Shown here: in pieces, positions 13,395-27,968 of the stretch | Numbering within the stretch: position 1 is the first letter of the stretch | Layout of the letters: every line of letters starts with the position of its first letter | Source of the DNA: Trichosphaerium sp. ATCC 40318 | Taxonomy: Eukaryota > Protista > Tubulinea | Reading direction: 5' to 3' | DNA: 64,000 nucleotides | Assembly (NCBI GenBank): GCA_038496445.1 | Contig: JALMLS010000322.1 | Span: 186,001-250,000, forward strand | Made by a program: the position numbers and the translations under genes | The notes under the pieces: generated by a model | Database searches by the model: none | What the model was told of the DNA's origin: nothing | The model's input: the letters and a program-made list of their open reading frames with translations, nothing else

Positions 13395-16300
13395 TTATAG
13401 TGTATCCACCCACCACCTTTGTATAGTTGTATTTGTTTTTAGTTCTAAAGTATCTTGACTGGTCACTATGTCTGTTTTGAAAAAAACTGTTGAAGCAAAA
13501 ATCAAACAGTCGGTGTGCACTTTGTAGGAGGATTGTTACCATCTGAAGTAGTATCGTCATTATCACATACACTCTCTTTAACAGAGCCAACAACTTCAGG
13601 TGCCTTTTCGCTCTTTTCATTTTTTTCAATAGATTCCTCAGGCAGACCTGTCTTGACCTCTGGAATACCTTTTTTATGTTCTTGGTTTTGTTGAGCTTTT
13701 TTCTCATTTTTTTCTTCAACTTCATTATGTACTGTTGCTGTAACACCACTGATATCTTCTTCATCATCGCCTTCTTTCAATAATTGTACTAACGTCTTAA
13801 GGTGGTCAAATTTAAGTAAATGTATAAAGGCAGCGTTTAAGAGCTCCAACTCTGTTCCACATTTTGCCATCATTCTTGTATCACCAATGATCTTCGCTAG
13901 TCTCGTAGTTAAAATCTTTAGTCCAATTAACATGAGTATACTATGAGAGTCCTAAATATTATTGTCACATACTGAAGAATCTTGAGAACACACTTGTTGC
14001 AACACACGAAGATAATAAACGAAGATAATATTAAAAAAAAAAGAGAAAGAACCTTTACCTTTGGATTGATGTTATAACACCATAATGTGAATGCGTGGTC
14101 GTAGCACATCATTGAGTGTTCATAATTCTCTGCCATATCGGCTGATTTTGCAGCTTCCATAAGGTACTGTAAAATATCAGACAAGTCATCTAAAGAATAA
14201 AACAATAAGCCAAAAGCTACTAATCCGAAGAAACCAAAAAGCGCGCTAGTTTAACAACTGATTGTGGGCGTTCTTAGGTTACTCAAACAACCTCGTCACT
14301 GGTTTATAGTGAGAAGGCAATCAGTGACGAGGTTGCAATTGGGGCAAACCTAAGTACTTCCAAACACAGCGAAATACTGACCTCTAATCGCGTGGTAATT
14401 GGAAAAAAGTATTTGTAATGTTCGGCACTTTGAGACAAACGTACCAAGGTTGTATGCTTCAGCAAAAACTTCTGGCCAGCGTTGCTCAAACTTTAACACT
14501 ACAACATCATGTTAATGAGCTACATAGAGGATTCAAGCGGTAGGTTACCTTTGTTGAAATCAAGATGTTTTTTAAAGCTTTTAGCGAACCTCAACGCGCG
14601 TACGAGTGTGTGGGCGTCAGCTGAAAGATTAATTTAGTCAGCACGTTAACGTCAATAAACGAGTTTCCAAATCGTACCTTCGGTGTTGTCTCGTGTCCCA
14701 AATACTAAATCAGAGATATTACGGCCTTTTGACGTGTCTGGTACTTCCTACAGGGAACATTTAACATTTTGACGCCAAGCTTCATTTGTACCGTTACTAT
14801 AAGCTTATATTGCGCGTAATTACGTTGTTGGTTGCGAATTAAGGGAACTCGTGATTTGAACACATTTGTTACGCCTTTACGGCGTCAATAGGTATTAAAC
14901 TATTATATAGTACCTTTGCGAAGCGTTGGTGTTTGTTTATGAGTTCGCTTTATTTTATGACGGTTATTGTAACTTACATTACGCGTTAATACGCGTGGGA
15001 GCATTACAGGCCTTAGTCCAGGCGAAATCAATTCAGTTTGCAATGAAGTACAAAAGTCAACTGTAGTATTTGCTGTTTTTCGTAGGACAATTCGCTTTTC
15101 ACCCAAAAACCAAAAAATTGAACAAAGTCTGTTTGCTACCTCTGTTTGCTTTTTTGTTGCTCAATGCGTTCGTGTTGGTATTTCCTTCGTAGTATTTTTA
15201 TTTCTGCCATAGAGATATGTGGAATGTTCATCTAAGCAAATCCTCAGCGTGCCGAAAAAGAAAAAAAAACTGTGAAAAATTTTTGGAATTGACCTCTCAA
15301 CTGGTGCTCTCAGAGCGTACCTCGAGTAAGTCTTCGTATTGAAATATCAATAAAAGTTTGTTATTTAGCATATTCAAAACACTTGCAAGATCGTTCATAG
15401 CCAGTAACTCGCTCTAGAAAACGAAAATTTAAGCAACATTAAAAAAACAGCTTACTTATTCTTTGGCGTACCTTGTACTTTTTAAGAATTGCCAGTGCTG
15501 TCTCTATAAGCACAGATGGCCCACGTGAAAAAAATACATCCCATATCCGGAATACAGCATTACATGGCATAAGTGTGATGAAAATAGGAAGAAACCACTG
15601 GCAAGATAACACATTGCCAAGTTGCAAATCTTTAAATAATGGTGTCAACTCTGGTAAGAACTTATCAACGTAGTGATCTAATACGCATCCGTCTGCAAAT
15701 ACTAAAGCCATATTAATCAACAACAAAAGGAGGGTTCAATTTTTCAGAACGGCTGTTGCCAAGGACTTTGTGTTCAGTTTTTTATTTGCTAACAAAACGT
15801 ACCACCAATTAAGCCATCTCGTACATAGTATAAACTACACAGTGATTCTACTATATGCACTAAAGCCCAAAAAACTTCTTGTTCATCCTTCATTATTATA
15901 AGTAAACCTCCAGCTACCATATTCATACTCTGACAGTAACCTAAAAAAAGTCCGTTAACATTTAAGCTCAAGAATAAGAATTGTGACAGAACTTTGTTAA
16001 AACACGTATCACGTGCCTACTGTTGTATTTCGTATAGAGTACGCTACTAATACATTTCGAAGACTCTTTCCAAAAGCTGGGTCGTGAACACAATTGAAAG
16101 TTCTATTGACATCCTGATCACGTGGGTAAGAAAACTTGAAGTTGAAAACTTTTTTAGTTCCAAATTTCTGAAGAAAAAAAAGAAAAAGTGCTACTTTCCT
16201 TTTCGATGTCTTTAAAACTATCGTATGTCACTTCCTTGGATTCATCTAGTAGTCTTTTATACTCATTGGGATAATACTTTAACATTGAAGGCACATTAAG

Positions 16301-17177
16301 GAAAAGAGACCAATACTGGAGCAAGCAAAACGTTAGACATGTCTACGAATAAAATAAAATGATTGGACTAAGTTACGTATTCACGTCGATTGTTAGGGAT
16401 ACCCTTCTCCACCAATTGATCCATAGCTATCCCAATTTTACCTTGTTTGATTTTCTGGAAAGCTTCTGCTTGCTTCTATACGAAGCGATGTGGTAAGCAA
16501 AAGCAGTATGTAAAACTCATAAAATTGTTCATACCATCATTTGGTTTAGTTGTTCTAATTGCACACTCTGCCATATTTCTTGTTGCTCCTTTGATAAATA
16601 AAACCCATATACATCTGTAGCTTTACTTTTATCCAAATCACGAGATGGTGTAGCAACAGAGTCATCCAAAGTAGGAAACTAATCATATGTAAATCTTTTA
16701 GTGAAACGTTATCATGGTCACGTTTTTTTTGGCGTGTGCTTACCACTTTTTGTGTTATTTGGGTGTTAAGATCGTTCAAGAGGAGTCTTTCAACGCCTTT
16801 AACTAGCGTTTACTGAGATAGGTCCTAGTGAAGGAGCGTGCGAAAGCTTTTCGTACTTTTTTGCTTCCCAGCCTGTACAAAACCTTCTCCTTCCTCTCTA
16901 AGTACTTTCATCATTGCTATTACTCATTATATACAGTTTGTTTACTTGTAAAATAACGAGTAGCTGGTATTTAATAAAAACAATTCTAACCTGGGTGCCT
17001 GAACGCAAATAGCGATGACATTGATTCTCTGCTTGCTATCTGCCTTGGCGTTTCGATTTCAAATGTTGGAGGTATGTACCTATCAAAACTACAAGACAGT
17101 GAAGAGCCGCCATTGGATGCTATCAATGATTGAAAATGTCGCTTTTTAGAAGGGCGGTCAAGCGGATTAGCTGTCAT
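13395..17177 (-). CDS. TBC-domain Rab GTPase-activating protein; exons at 13395-14490 are probably its C-terminus, join uncertain
   Basis: [74 protein letters not shown]. Confidence 0.8.
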
Positions 17178-17775
17178 TCGTTATGTATTACTGTATTGAA
17201 CAAAAAGATGGGTATCACTATGAATACCGTGCGTTTTTAAATGGTCAATAGTTGGTCTACTGCGATCCTTGGAAACGGAGAAATAGTAATACAGTTCTCT
17301 TCGCCTATGGTTGTAGCACGCTTTTATGACAATTCCTTTAATCTCTTGGAGGGAATGTCCGTTTTTAATTCAAATAAACCACGTGGTACATTTTTTTCTC
17401 GAGGTTTTTTTAGTCACTTGTTGTCAAACATAGATAGTTGCAACTATGTGTTTTGGCAGATGAGTGTTGACATTCCTGAACAACCTAAGGTTTGCGAAAA
17501 TGTGTACTTCAAATGACTATTATATGCATGTAGGTTCTTGTGGCCTTAGAGTTAATATACAAAGGTTAATTTGGACTTGTTGTTTTAACTCAATTTTTTC
17601 TTAACACTTCTCAATAACACGAGCAGTAAGCTTGTCTATCTTAATCTCAAAATTTATTCTTATCTTGCTTCGCTGTTGTCATTCCAAAAAATTACACGCA
17701 AGTGAGAGAGGAGCCAACACAACAGCCTCACAAATCTATTTTACAAAAAATCAAAAAACTGTCATAATCTTCCGT

Positions 17776-19481
17776 CTACAGGCTTTCTTGATTTGAGTTC
17801 TTAAGCAAGGTTGCCTTATCAGGTTGAACCATAACAATATCACTATTTGTGCGTGTCAAGTCATTACTACTATCTTGGCTATTCTTTATAGCTATGATAG
17901 AAGGTGGCATTTGAACAGATATCTGATCACTCTGCTGATCATCTTCTTCTTGTCCATCTATTTGGGTTTCTGGAGCTGCCTCTGTTTCAAGCGTATTTAT
18001 GTTCGTATTATTCTCTGCTTCCAAAAGAACTTTGTTATTCATACTTGTTGATGTAGCTAAAAGCTCTTGAAGGTCAATATTAGATTTTTTAAGCTTCTTG
18101 ACTTCTTGTGTTAAATCCTTTACTTCTTCTTTTAATTGTTTAATTTCTGCTTCCTTCAAAGCCAATGCATTTCTATACTTAGCTTCCATTGTAACAGACT
18201 TTCTTCTCATCTTTGAAGAGCTTCTTTTCTTTGTTTCAACCGTAGGTTGTCTCGTTTCTGGTTTACCAGTAGACACACCAGGCGTAACAATATAAGGCTT
18301 AATATAAATATCAGGAAAATATGGATCAGAGTAAACACGTTGTGTGTAGTTTGTATCTTCTGAGCCTTCAGTAATAACTGCCCATAATTTAACATGTGAA
18401 CTATAGCATATAGAATTGATACGCCTATAGTTAATTAACAACAAGAAAACTCAACAAAATCAAATCAAATATATTTATCCCAAAAGTTGGACAGAATGGT
18501 GATATTGTCGATTTTATAGCTGGTACACGCGTACCCTCCACTTGCTAATGTTTTATCTATTTTCTCTTTTGGATAATCAGTTGCAGTAAAAAATTTTTGT
18601 AACTCTCTTGGATCCTTGGAATCCTACAAACGGTAAGTCGTTGCTTTGTATTTTTTTAATAAAATTTGTTATTTTTTGAAAAAAAAAAAGGCTGTCTTAC
18701 CTCGACACGCTCTCCTATCAATATCCACCTGTTATCCCCATATACCATAGTATGAATACGCCTTCCTAATTATAGTGAGTCTATTGTATAAACTCCAAAT
18801 CACAATCAAACCTTCTTCCCAAAGATTATGTATTTCTTTCTCTGCGTCACTGAAAGTTGTTTTTTCTACAAGCCTTTGACTGCCGTCATAATCTGCTGCC
18901 TCCTCTGTGATAAGAACCCATAGGTCATCATCATGGGTAACATGTCGAACGCTAGAACAAAGTCAACTTTCAAAACCCAGAATAAAAGCTAAATCCCAAA
19001 ACCGCTCGTTCGGAGCGCCAAGGTTAGCAACAGGGAGCATAAACTACTCAAATAGTCTTATATACTTGAAGCGTACCATCTACCTTCGTTCCAAGCTTCT
19101 TGGATGGGTCTAACGGGTAAACTTCGAGAAAAGTTAAAAAATTGAGTTGGTGTTGGTTTCTCCGTATATTCTGCCAGAATGACCCATTTAGAGTTCCCAA
19201 ATGACACCCACAACATGTTAGCATTTTAATATTATAAGGTGTTTAATAGTGTTACTTCCAGAGGCCATCAAATCTGTGTCAAACGTCGTTGTAGGGCGTG
19301 GATTTTTTCAAAAAAAAAAAAGCTAATTGTTGCTCACTTGAAGAATGTCGTAGCCTAATTTCCATAACTTCTTAATAGCGCTTGTTGGCTTTACTTTTTC
19401 TCTATCCTGAGAGAAAACAACGCATAATCGTTGGTGTCCATCGTGTTTTAATAATGCTTCATCTAAACAAAGCGTCCACAT
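17776..19481 (-). CDS. Protein with DUF7477-like repeats followed by a coiled coil and acidic tail
   Basis: Repeats KPTSAIKKLWKLGYDI, LPVRPIQEAWNEG, AEKEIHNLWEEGRRIHTMVYGDNRWILI and YPKEKIDKTLASGGRINSICY...WAVI; heptads LKEAEIKQLKEEVKDLTQEVKKLKKS. Confidence 0.6.
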
Positions 19482-20248
19482 GCTCTAGATGATGTTAGAG
19501 CGAATTTAGAAAGTTTGACGCTAGTTTGCGATAAAAAAATGATGAAATTTGGAAACAATGATTTTTCGCTAGCGGGCGTATTTGATTATGCCATGCTTGC
19601 GTTGGAGCGCCTTCACGTGAAGCTTGTGATTTTAGTCATTAAAAAAATGAAATAGCTTCTAGTAAGTATTGTAAATTGCTTTTCTACGCACTGCAGAGTG
19701 ATAGCCAAGTTTTTCTATGACTGGCCTGTAAAATGTGTGCTTCTCGAGTATATCAAAGTTTTTTAAGCTAACGATTGCCTAGGGAGTATTAAATAAACAC
19801 ATAGATGCATTTATGGAGGTACCTGATGACCGTTGCCCTGTAGTGAGAATGTGTTGTCTACCTTCTTTAAAACGTTGTGGTGTGCTATACAGCTATTAAA
19901 ACGACAATTGCAAGCGTGTTTTCACCTGTGGAGTAACTACAGTTGTCTAACTCTTTAAGATCAAAGATAACCTTCCCTGCATGCCTAGTCTCCTTCGGAA
20001 ATGTTACTATAAGCATTTCACTTTGATCGTACATCTGTAGGAGATATTAAGAGCCCTTCTTTCTTCAGCTGTATTGGTTCGCGCAAGACGCTAAGATCAT
20101 GCTGAAAGTTAGGGTGAAACTCCCCGTACTTGATTGCGTTGCCCATTTCAAGCGTAAACAATCAGTTGTTCTCACGCAGTCAACTGACGCTTTTTCTGAC
20201 ACATCAACGCGTCGAAAGTGTTGCAGAAGCAAGTTAACGGCTTACAGA

Positions 20249-23200
20249 ATGGCAACTGCAAATTTACAAATGGTTCAAGATCGCATTAGTGAGGTTTCGC
20301 GTGTACTCTCTAAGCAGTGCGTTGACATGCAAAGCGAATTGAGTTTAATTACAGGCATGAGTTTTATTACCTCCATTGCGCTCACTGACTCTACGCAGCT
20401 GAAGTAGGTACAAAAACAGCAAAAATAAGCGAAGCACGTCAGGTATTTAACACAAGAGCTCTTGTTGCCATCAAACGTTATTTTGTTACCAATTGATGGA
20501 CTCCAGGCGATTGAGCGTCGTTCTAAACGTTTAGAGTACCTCAGGTGGGCTAATCAACTTAATTTACGCGTACGAGTCACAGAATACTACGAGCAACTGA
20601 TACTCGCTGGTTGTTTAATCACGTTTTAAGTAACGCACGTGTTAGGTGGAGAAATGGAAGAAACAACTCGGATACTCTTCAAAAGATCCGTTAACACTTA
20701 AGAGACTTGTTGTATCTGTATCAAAGTCGCTAGCAAGTTATAAATTATCTGATGCTCCTATCACTGAAAGTAAGATCTCATTGATTTTTGTTTCGACACT
20801 CTCTTACCACGTGCCATTAGTGTTGAATAATGATACGAAAAAATCTATTATAAATGATGTTTTAAAGCCAAGTGGGATACTATGTATGCAAAGGTACTGA
20901 TCTATACCATATTAGCACAACGTGAATTTAATATCGAAATTCGAAGATGCCATTTTTTTTTTTGCTTTTGAATGTCTCATCCGACGTGATGTTCTCATTT
21001 CTTTCTTGTAGTTATGAAGACTGGCAAAAGATTTACCTCAAGATTTTCAACACCCAAGTAATGCAATTTATAAAACCTTATCTCGTTGATGGAGGAACAG
21101 GTACTCAAACATCACTTGATTATTAGAGAATTAAAAAATTTAAGATATTACTGGCGAAGAAGTAGATATCCAATTAAAACGTGCTCCACTTCTTGTTAGT
21201 ATAGCCACAACAATAGGTAAAATAACTTCAAATATGACAACCTCATTCACCCTCTTAGATACACTAAAGAAAAGTTTGAATGTGGAAGACGTATCCATAG
21301 TATACAGTTTTTTTTTCAAACTTTTTTTCTATCTCCTTCATTCTTTTATTAGACTATGTGTGTACAAACAATATTCGATTCGTTTTCTACAAGTCTTTTA
21401 AGTATATTCACCGACATTATGAGTGCAGAGGTATCATATACAACAGACAAAGATGAGGTACATAGCATGTTAAAACAACTTCAGGCTAGGATTTTAGCTT
21501 ACTTGAATTATGTAGGACAAGAGCGGATTGAGACGCTTCCAATCATTTACCAACCGAATAACTAATGTATATCATAAAATATGGGCAATGTTGACAGTTC
21601 TTTTTGCTAAAGAACAAGACGGTACAGTGAAACGATGTCTTAGTCTTTCGAAAAACCCAAAACAAAAAATTCTCGGAACGGTTTTCTCCTTTTGTTGATA
21701 TCCTACGAACCTTACATTGGTAATCACATGCCTAGATAAAGTACAAACTATAAAGTATCAGACGATGACACATTTCTTATACCAAACGACAAGTAGCGAG
21801 TTTTTTAACATTGATATAAAAAAGAGTAAGCTGTATGACTCTGTTAACAAAACAAAGCTCCATACATTATCTGCTTCTCTCAATAAAATCACTGCGGATT
21901 CTTTTGTTAAAGTTATGAACGCTACAAACACTGATGATGATGGAGCGTATTTAGGTAAGCTTCAGAGGCCTCAGCCTCATTCTTTGTTTGAGTTCAATTT
22001 TTTTTCTTTAACATTTTTTAGTCACTGTTCTCTCTTGCCTGTACGACTTTTATGGTAGTGCTACAGGACCTTTCTACATAATTTTTACGGACTCCGATAT
22101 AAAGGGTATGGCATGTCATTTATTCTATTTACTAATTTGAATTCAAGACACTGCTAAGCGTGTAAAAAGTGAAACTTGCCTTGATGTTATTGGAGCTAGT
22201 TTACTACCAAAATTAAAGCGAAGGTACTCTTTCTCTCACTGGCGTAAGTTACTTATGGTTTGTAGGTTTAGTGATGCTAAATTATCTGTTTGGCGTACGT
22301 TAGAGAGGCAGATGTGGATACTGCATGAAGTTGTGTTTTTTTTATTTGACGAACTTCTAGGAGAACAAAATGCGTTTGCTTGGCTGAGTGTTTTTTATAC
22401 GCTGCCTTTGTTTGTAAAGCAAGGTAATAATGATGTCATTTTATCGTTTTTGGAAGATACTTTGAAGATAGGGCATAACAAGGCTTCAATGAGGAAGGTT
22501 CTTGAAACATTTAACTCGCCGAAAACAGCACCATCGGACGAAAGGTAAACCTAAGAAAAAAACAGAAAGTTCATTTTATTCATCACTGATTAACACATGT
22601 CGTAGAAATTTTTTATCCTCGAAAGGGATTGATATGACTACTATTCTTAACAAAGAATGCGTGGAGAATACTTTAAAATTACTAAAAGATCTTACAGAAA
22701 CAGAAAACAAAGTAACAAAAAAGTTTGTCGGGTTGGTGTAATTAATTAAAACTCATGACAAAAAGAAATAAATCCACAAAATAACCATGACAACTCTAGC
22801 GTGTATTCTGCTCCTCCCATAGCTATGTAGATAATGTAACTATATTCAATTGTAACAAGTTTATCAGCTATAGGCTTGTTGAAATAAATAGCGATTACCA
22901 CTGGCCTATTTGGCGAAACTACAAGCTGGTAAGCACCAATTAGTGTTGGAACTTCAACCATCGATTTATCATTCCGTGTTGATTCTGATATGCAATTAGA
23001 GAAGAGATTTGATGTTAACAAGAAGACATCATTCCAGTAGTACGTTGGCCGGCAATAATCATGTAAAGAACGTACTTCTAAACTTGTTTGTTATTTAGTT
23101 TGACAAAACTGGTTACTACAACACCAAAATCGCTTGGTTTTATACCGTGTGGTACCCATAAGGTTAAGATTCAAATGAACAGACTACACCAACCTCAACT

Positions 23201-23538
23201 ACTTTGTATTCAAGACAAGTGGAAACAACCCTCCACCCTCCTACGACCAATCCAAACTGTCCTTCAAGCGAGACCTCACACCGTATGTTTGTTGTTTTAA
23301 TTGCTAGCACGTGTCCTCGTCTCTTACCTTTTTCGTTTTAGTTTCGTCTCAAGAGTGTTGCTTCTCGGAGAATCTGAAGCGTATGTAGTGACTGCTGTAA
23401 ACACTCCGTTAATGTAGGTGAAGGTATGAGTGTGGTAAATGTTACTGTACCATCAAACGGTAAGGATATGGTTATTCCACTACAGCTATTCTATCCAACG
23501 TACATGGTAAAAAATTGTTGCAACAGAAATTACAATAA
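20249..23538 (+). CDS. Large multi-exon hypothetical, mostly helical protein (could be two genes)
   Basis: Chain of open exons bounded by GT-AG introns from MATANLQMVQDR to AILSNVHGKKLLQQKLQ*. No family recognised. Confidence 0.5.
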
Positions 23539-23956
23539 ACATTCTATTGTAAAAGATCCACGTGATCTGTCGTTAACATAGAAAAGTTATTGTTGGCTAA
23601 AACAACGGAGCGTCGGCCATTATCAAACAACAGTATCTCATTATTTCTACTATTTTTCCCCTCTATAGCAGTTTGTGATCCCGTATACAGCGTACGGATG
23701 CTATACAGCGAACCACAGCTTTAGTTCTAGTTATAGGAGCGGTACAAGAGCAACAGACTGAAAAGATGGGATCACATCACAAAGTGCGATGACGAAGTTG
23801 TACTAATTAGGAAAGTGGCTATGCCACGCGACAGTTATTTCAATAGAACCGTGTCAAATTTCCCCTCCCCTTTCTCCACTTGTTTTCATTTCATATAAAC
23901 AGGCCTAGCATCACGTCTAACGTCGGTTATTAACACAACATAAACATACTTACACA

Positions 23957-26900
23957 ATGAGCACAACGCTTATCTCTGGAAACAAAGTCTGTTCATCTAT
24001 TGGATATGGTACGGTTTCTTTAACCTCTTGCTCTTCTCTGTTGCTCCGTTTTCTCCTCTCACACTTTTTGCTCCATTAGGCTTTAGCGACGCTTGCTTTG
24101 TCTATCCTATAACGCCACAACAGTACTTGGGTCAAAGCCTTGTTACCAAAGAAGAGGAAGGCGCTGAGAACGCATACGGCAATGTAACAAAAGTACGTTG
24201 TTTTTTTTTTGTTTTTTCACGAAAACCAAAAAGAGAAAACGGAGTTTTTACTGACTTTGTGTAAAGGTTAAATTGCTTGAAACAAGAGCTGGCGCAGGAG
24301 CTTTATTAGCTGGTGCAGCTTTGGGTGGATTAAAAGTTTCTGCTTACCTCTCATCGAAGGTACGACGCAATTTGATTACTGGTATTTTTTTTTGTTGCAT
24401 TTTTCTCACTGTTTTTAAAGAGCCTTATCTGGATGATTCCAACACTCTTCCGTTTAACTTCAAAACGTGTTCCTGCTGTACTCCACGTAGAGTCTTACGC
24501 TATTGATGATGAGCTATCTCTAAGAAGAGATCTAACAGATGTACTCACAGTGAAGGATTCAGGTGTATTAATCATAAACTCAAAATCAGTACAGGTACGT
24601 TAACAAGTAAAGAAAAAAAAAAGGACTTTCTAGATTTTTTGTGAACGAATTCACAAGTCAGCGTATTAATACCGTTAAATAGGAATGTCATGATATGTCT
24701 ATTGTTTCTCACGTGCTAGCTCAAAAATTAAATAAACCAGCACTTCATGTATTTGACGGTGTATGGACAAGCAACGAGGTTAACAAAGCGAATGTACTAT
24801 CAACAGCACAACTAGAGAAACTAGTAAAATCAAATATTTTTTCCGCTTCGAATAAAACACCAAGCGATGTCATTGAAGAAACGCTATCAAGTCTTACAAC
24901 TGTTCTTGGTAAAGAATACAAACCATTCGAATACACAGGACCATCAGACGCCGAAACTATTTTAGTCACAATTGGTGCACGTGCGTACAAAGAAAAATCT
25001 CGGAGTCCAAGACAATTTTTTTAACGCATTAATAGAATCACCTGTTTTCGAATCTGCTATTCAAAACTTTTCTGGTAAAGTTGGCGTTGTATCTGTTAGA
25101 TTTTATCGTCCTTGGTTATCCAAAAAATTCCTACAAGCTCTCCCACAAACCACAAAACGTGTAATCGTTTTAGAAAACAGCAATCAAGCAAGGTACAAAT
25201 AATTTGAAACAATTACTCTCGTTTCTCACTATTCTCTCAGAGCTGGAAGAGGTGCTCTTTTCCGAGATGTCGCAGGATCATTCTATTCCAATCAATGGGA
25301 AAATCAAGTACCAGAGATTACACCAGGTGAGTTTCAGTAGAAGTCTAGCAGATCGCACTTCATTGTACTTAACTTTTTTATAGTTGCTGTACCACTTGAT
25401 GCTCAGTTGACGCCACATTTCGCAGAACACATCATCATGACTGCTTCTAATGGAGAGTGTATTGATCTGAGCTCAATTAACGAAAAGACTACAGACTTAC
25501 GCCTTATTGATAACAATACTCGACAAGCTGTATTCTGGGATTTGAAATCTGCTAAAATCCAAGAAGATACTTTAGACTTACTTGGACGTAACTACAGTAC
25601 GCAAACATTTCATTAATTAATTCACTAATATACTGTAGACGGCGTACAAGGATATTTCGCTTATGACAACTTCGAACATGTACGTTAGTCATCCTTAAAC
25701 TAGTTTCTCTTCAAACAACTTTTCTTCGTTTTTTCTTATTTCTCACTGTTTCTTGTTAGGGTGAGATTATTAAAACACACGTGAGATTTGGAGATTCCAT
25801 AGAAAACGCACCATATGATGTACAAGACGCAGATATTGTTATGTGCAACGATGCCAAGATCGTAAAGCGATACGATGTTTTAAGTTCTATTGGAGACAGG
25901 AGCACTTTTATCCTAAATACTACATGGAAACAAGATGAACTTGTCCGCGAGCTTCCATTCTCAGTCAAACAAGACTTGTTTCAAAAGAAGGTACATGTTA
26001 TACTCTACTATTGCTTATGAACTAACTTGTATTGTAGAGTCAAGTTGTGACTGTAGATGCTCAAAGAATTGCTACCCAAGTCGGTCTCTCCGCTCAACAA
26101 GTCATGCAAGCTGTATTCCTCAACATTGTATCTCCTGAAGCATTAACTGATGCTCTCACAAAGCAACTCGCAAAGGCTTCAAGGGCTGGAACTGTTGATG
26201 TAGTTAAATATCACATCAACAAAGGCATTAACAATATTGCGGTTGATCCTACATGGCTTGACGAGTCTGCTTCTGATTCAGGTTCAGATACATCAGAACC
26301 ACTTGAAACACCAATAATATCTGTTGTCGGAACACAAATGTCATTGCGTGCCTTTGAAAAGAAAGAACGCACTCAAAACGTTCAAGTAAGTTACCAAATT
26401 TATTGATTTGTTTTTCAAGCACGTGATTTAATAACAAACTTTTTAGGTCGGCAAATGGTATAAGGCATGTCTTCCTTTCATATTCAAGGAACACTATAGT
26501 ACTGAACTCAAGCTTAGACCTGATATTGTTGGTAAGCCTTTATCCTTCGAAACCTCTTTTCTTACCGCCAAAAACCACTCACACGTGTTTCCTAGGTCAT
26601 GGTCCTTATCTTGTAACTTTGACAGACAACGTTCGTCTTACACCTAACAGCTACCATCGTAATATCTTTCACTTGGAATTCGATACAACTGGCACTAACT
26701 TGAAATACGAAATCGGTGATGCTCTCGGCATCCATGCTCATAATGATAAACAAGAAGTAGAAGATTTCTTTAACTTCTATGGCATCCAATCAGATGATAC
26801 AGTGATTCTTAGCTCTGGAGATTCAGACAATATCAGAACAGTAGGACAAGTCTTCACTCAAGAACTTGACCTTTTTGGTCGTCCAAGTAAACGTTTCTAT

Positions 26901-27968
26901 GAACAGATGGCTCAATGGGCCAGAAATGGCGCTGAGAAGGTACGCACTTATCTAGTGGTTTTAGTTTAATGCTGTGAGCTAACGTTGTCATACAGGCTCG
27001 TCTCAGATGGATCATTGGCGCTGAAGGAACTGACGACTTCAAGAAACGTGTTGAAGATACAGTCACGTTTGCTTCATTACTAAGAGAGTTCCCATCCGCT
27101 CATCCATCAGTACAAGAACTTGTTAGATCTATTCCAGCTATAAAGCCAAGACACTACTCAATTGCTTCTTCGAGTACGCTTTTAAAACTCTATCATAACT
27201 CTTTGTTTCTTATTCTGTCTTTAGTGAAGATGAACCCAAACAGCGTCCACTTGTTGGTCGTATTGGTTGACTGGAAAACATCTTCTGGAGAGAAACGTAT
27301 TGGACAAGCAACGAACTACTTATCAAAACTCAGACGTAAGAAATCCCTTCACCAAAACAAATTACTTTCGCACAAAGCTAATGACTTCTTCTAGCAAATA
27401 CAAAGGTGACTGTTTCTGTCATGCACTCTATCTTGAAGCTTCCGCCAAATCACACAGACCCTGTAATAATGGCAGGTCTTGGTACCGGTATGGCTCCATT
27501 CCGTGCCTTTATTCAAGAAAGAGCTGCAATCAAAGCATCGGGACAAGAAGTCGGACCAATGATTCTTTACTTTGGTGCAAGATACAGAAAAGAAGAGTAT
27601 TTATACGGTGAAGAACTTGAAGCATACCTTGCAGATGGTGTCCTAACACACCTACGTCTTGCATTCTCACGTGATCAAGATAAAAAGGCACGTGATTTTG
27701 AATCAAAGTAGTCCCGATTTTTACCTTTTTCTCACAATCTCTGTAGGTTTACATTCAACACAAGATTGAACAAGATGCTGAGCCTTTGCATAATTATTTG
27801 AAAGAAAACAGAGGCAATTTTTATTTATGTGGTCCTACATGGCCTGTACCTGATGTACGCAAAGCAATAACAGATGGCTTTGTAGCACAAGGTATGGAAG
27901 AAAATGATGCCACACAATATGTACAAAAGCTAAAGGATGACGAGAGATACATACTCGAAGTCTACTAA
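23957..27968 (+). CDS. MET10: Sulfite reductase [NADPH] flavoprotein subunit, fungal MET10 architecture (PFOR-like N-terminal domains plus FNR-like FAD/NADPH domains)
   Basis: FVYPITP, ETRAGAG, KPFEYTGPSDAE, VRFYRPW, RLTPNSYHRNIFHLEFD, LKYEIGDALG, KPRHYSIASS, MAGLGTGMAPFRAF, LYFGARYRKEEYLYGEE, AFSRDQ, FYLCGPTWPVPDV, RYILEVY*. Confidence 0.93.

Noticed and set aside
19540-19960. Possible small plus-strand spliced gene between the DUF7477-like gene and the 20249 gene
   Set aside because: Splice-like signals exist, but I could not build a consistent start-to-stop model.
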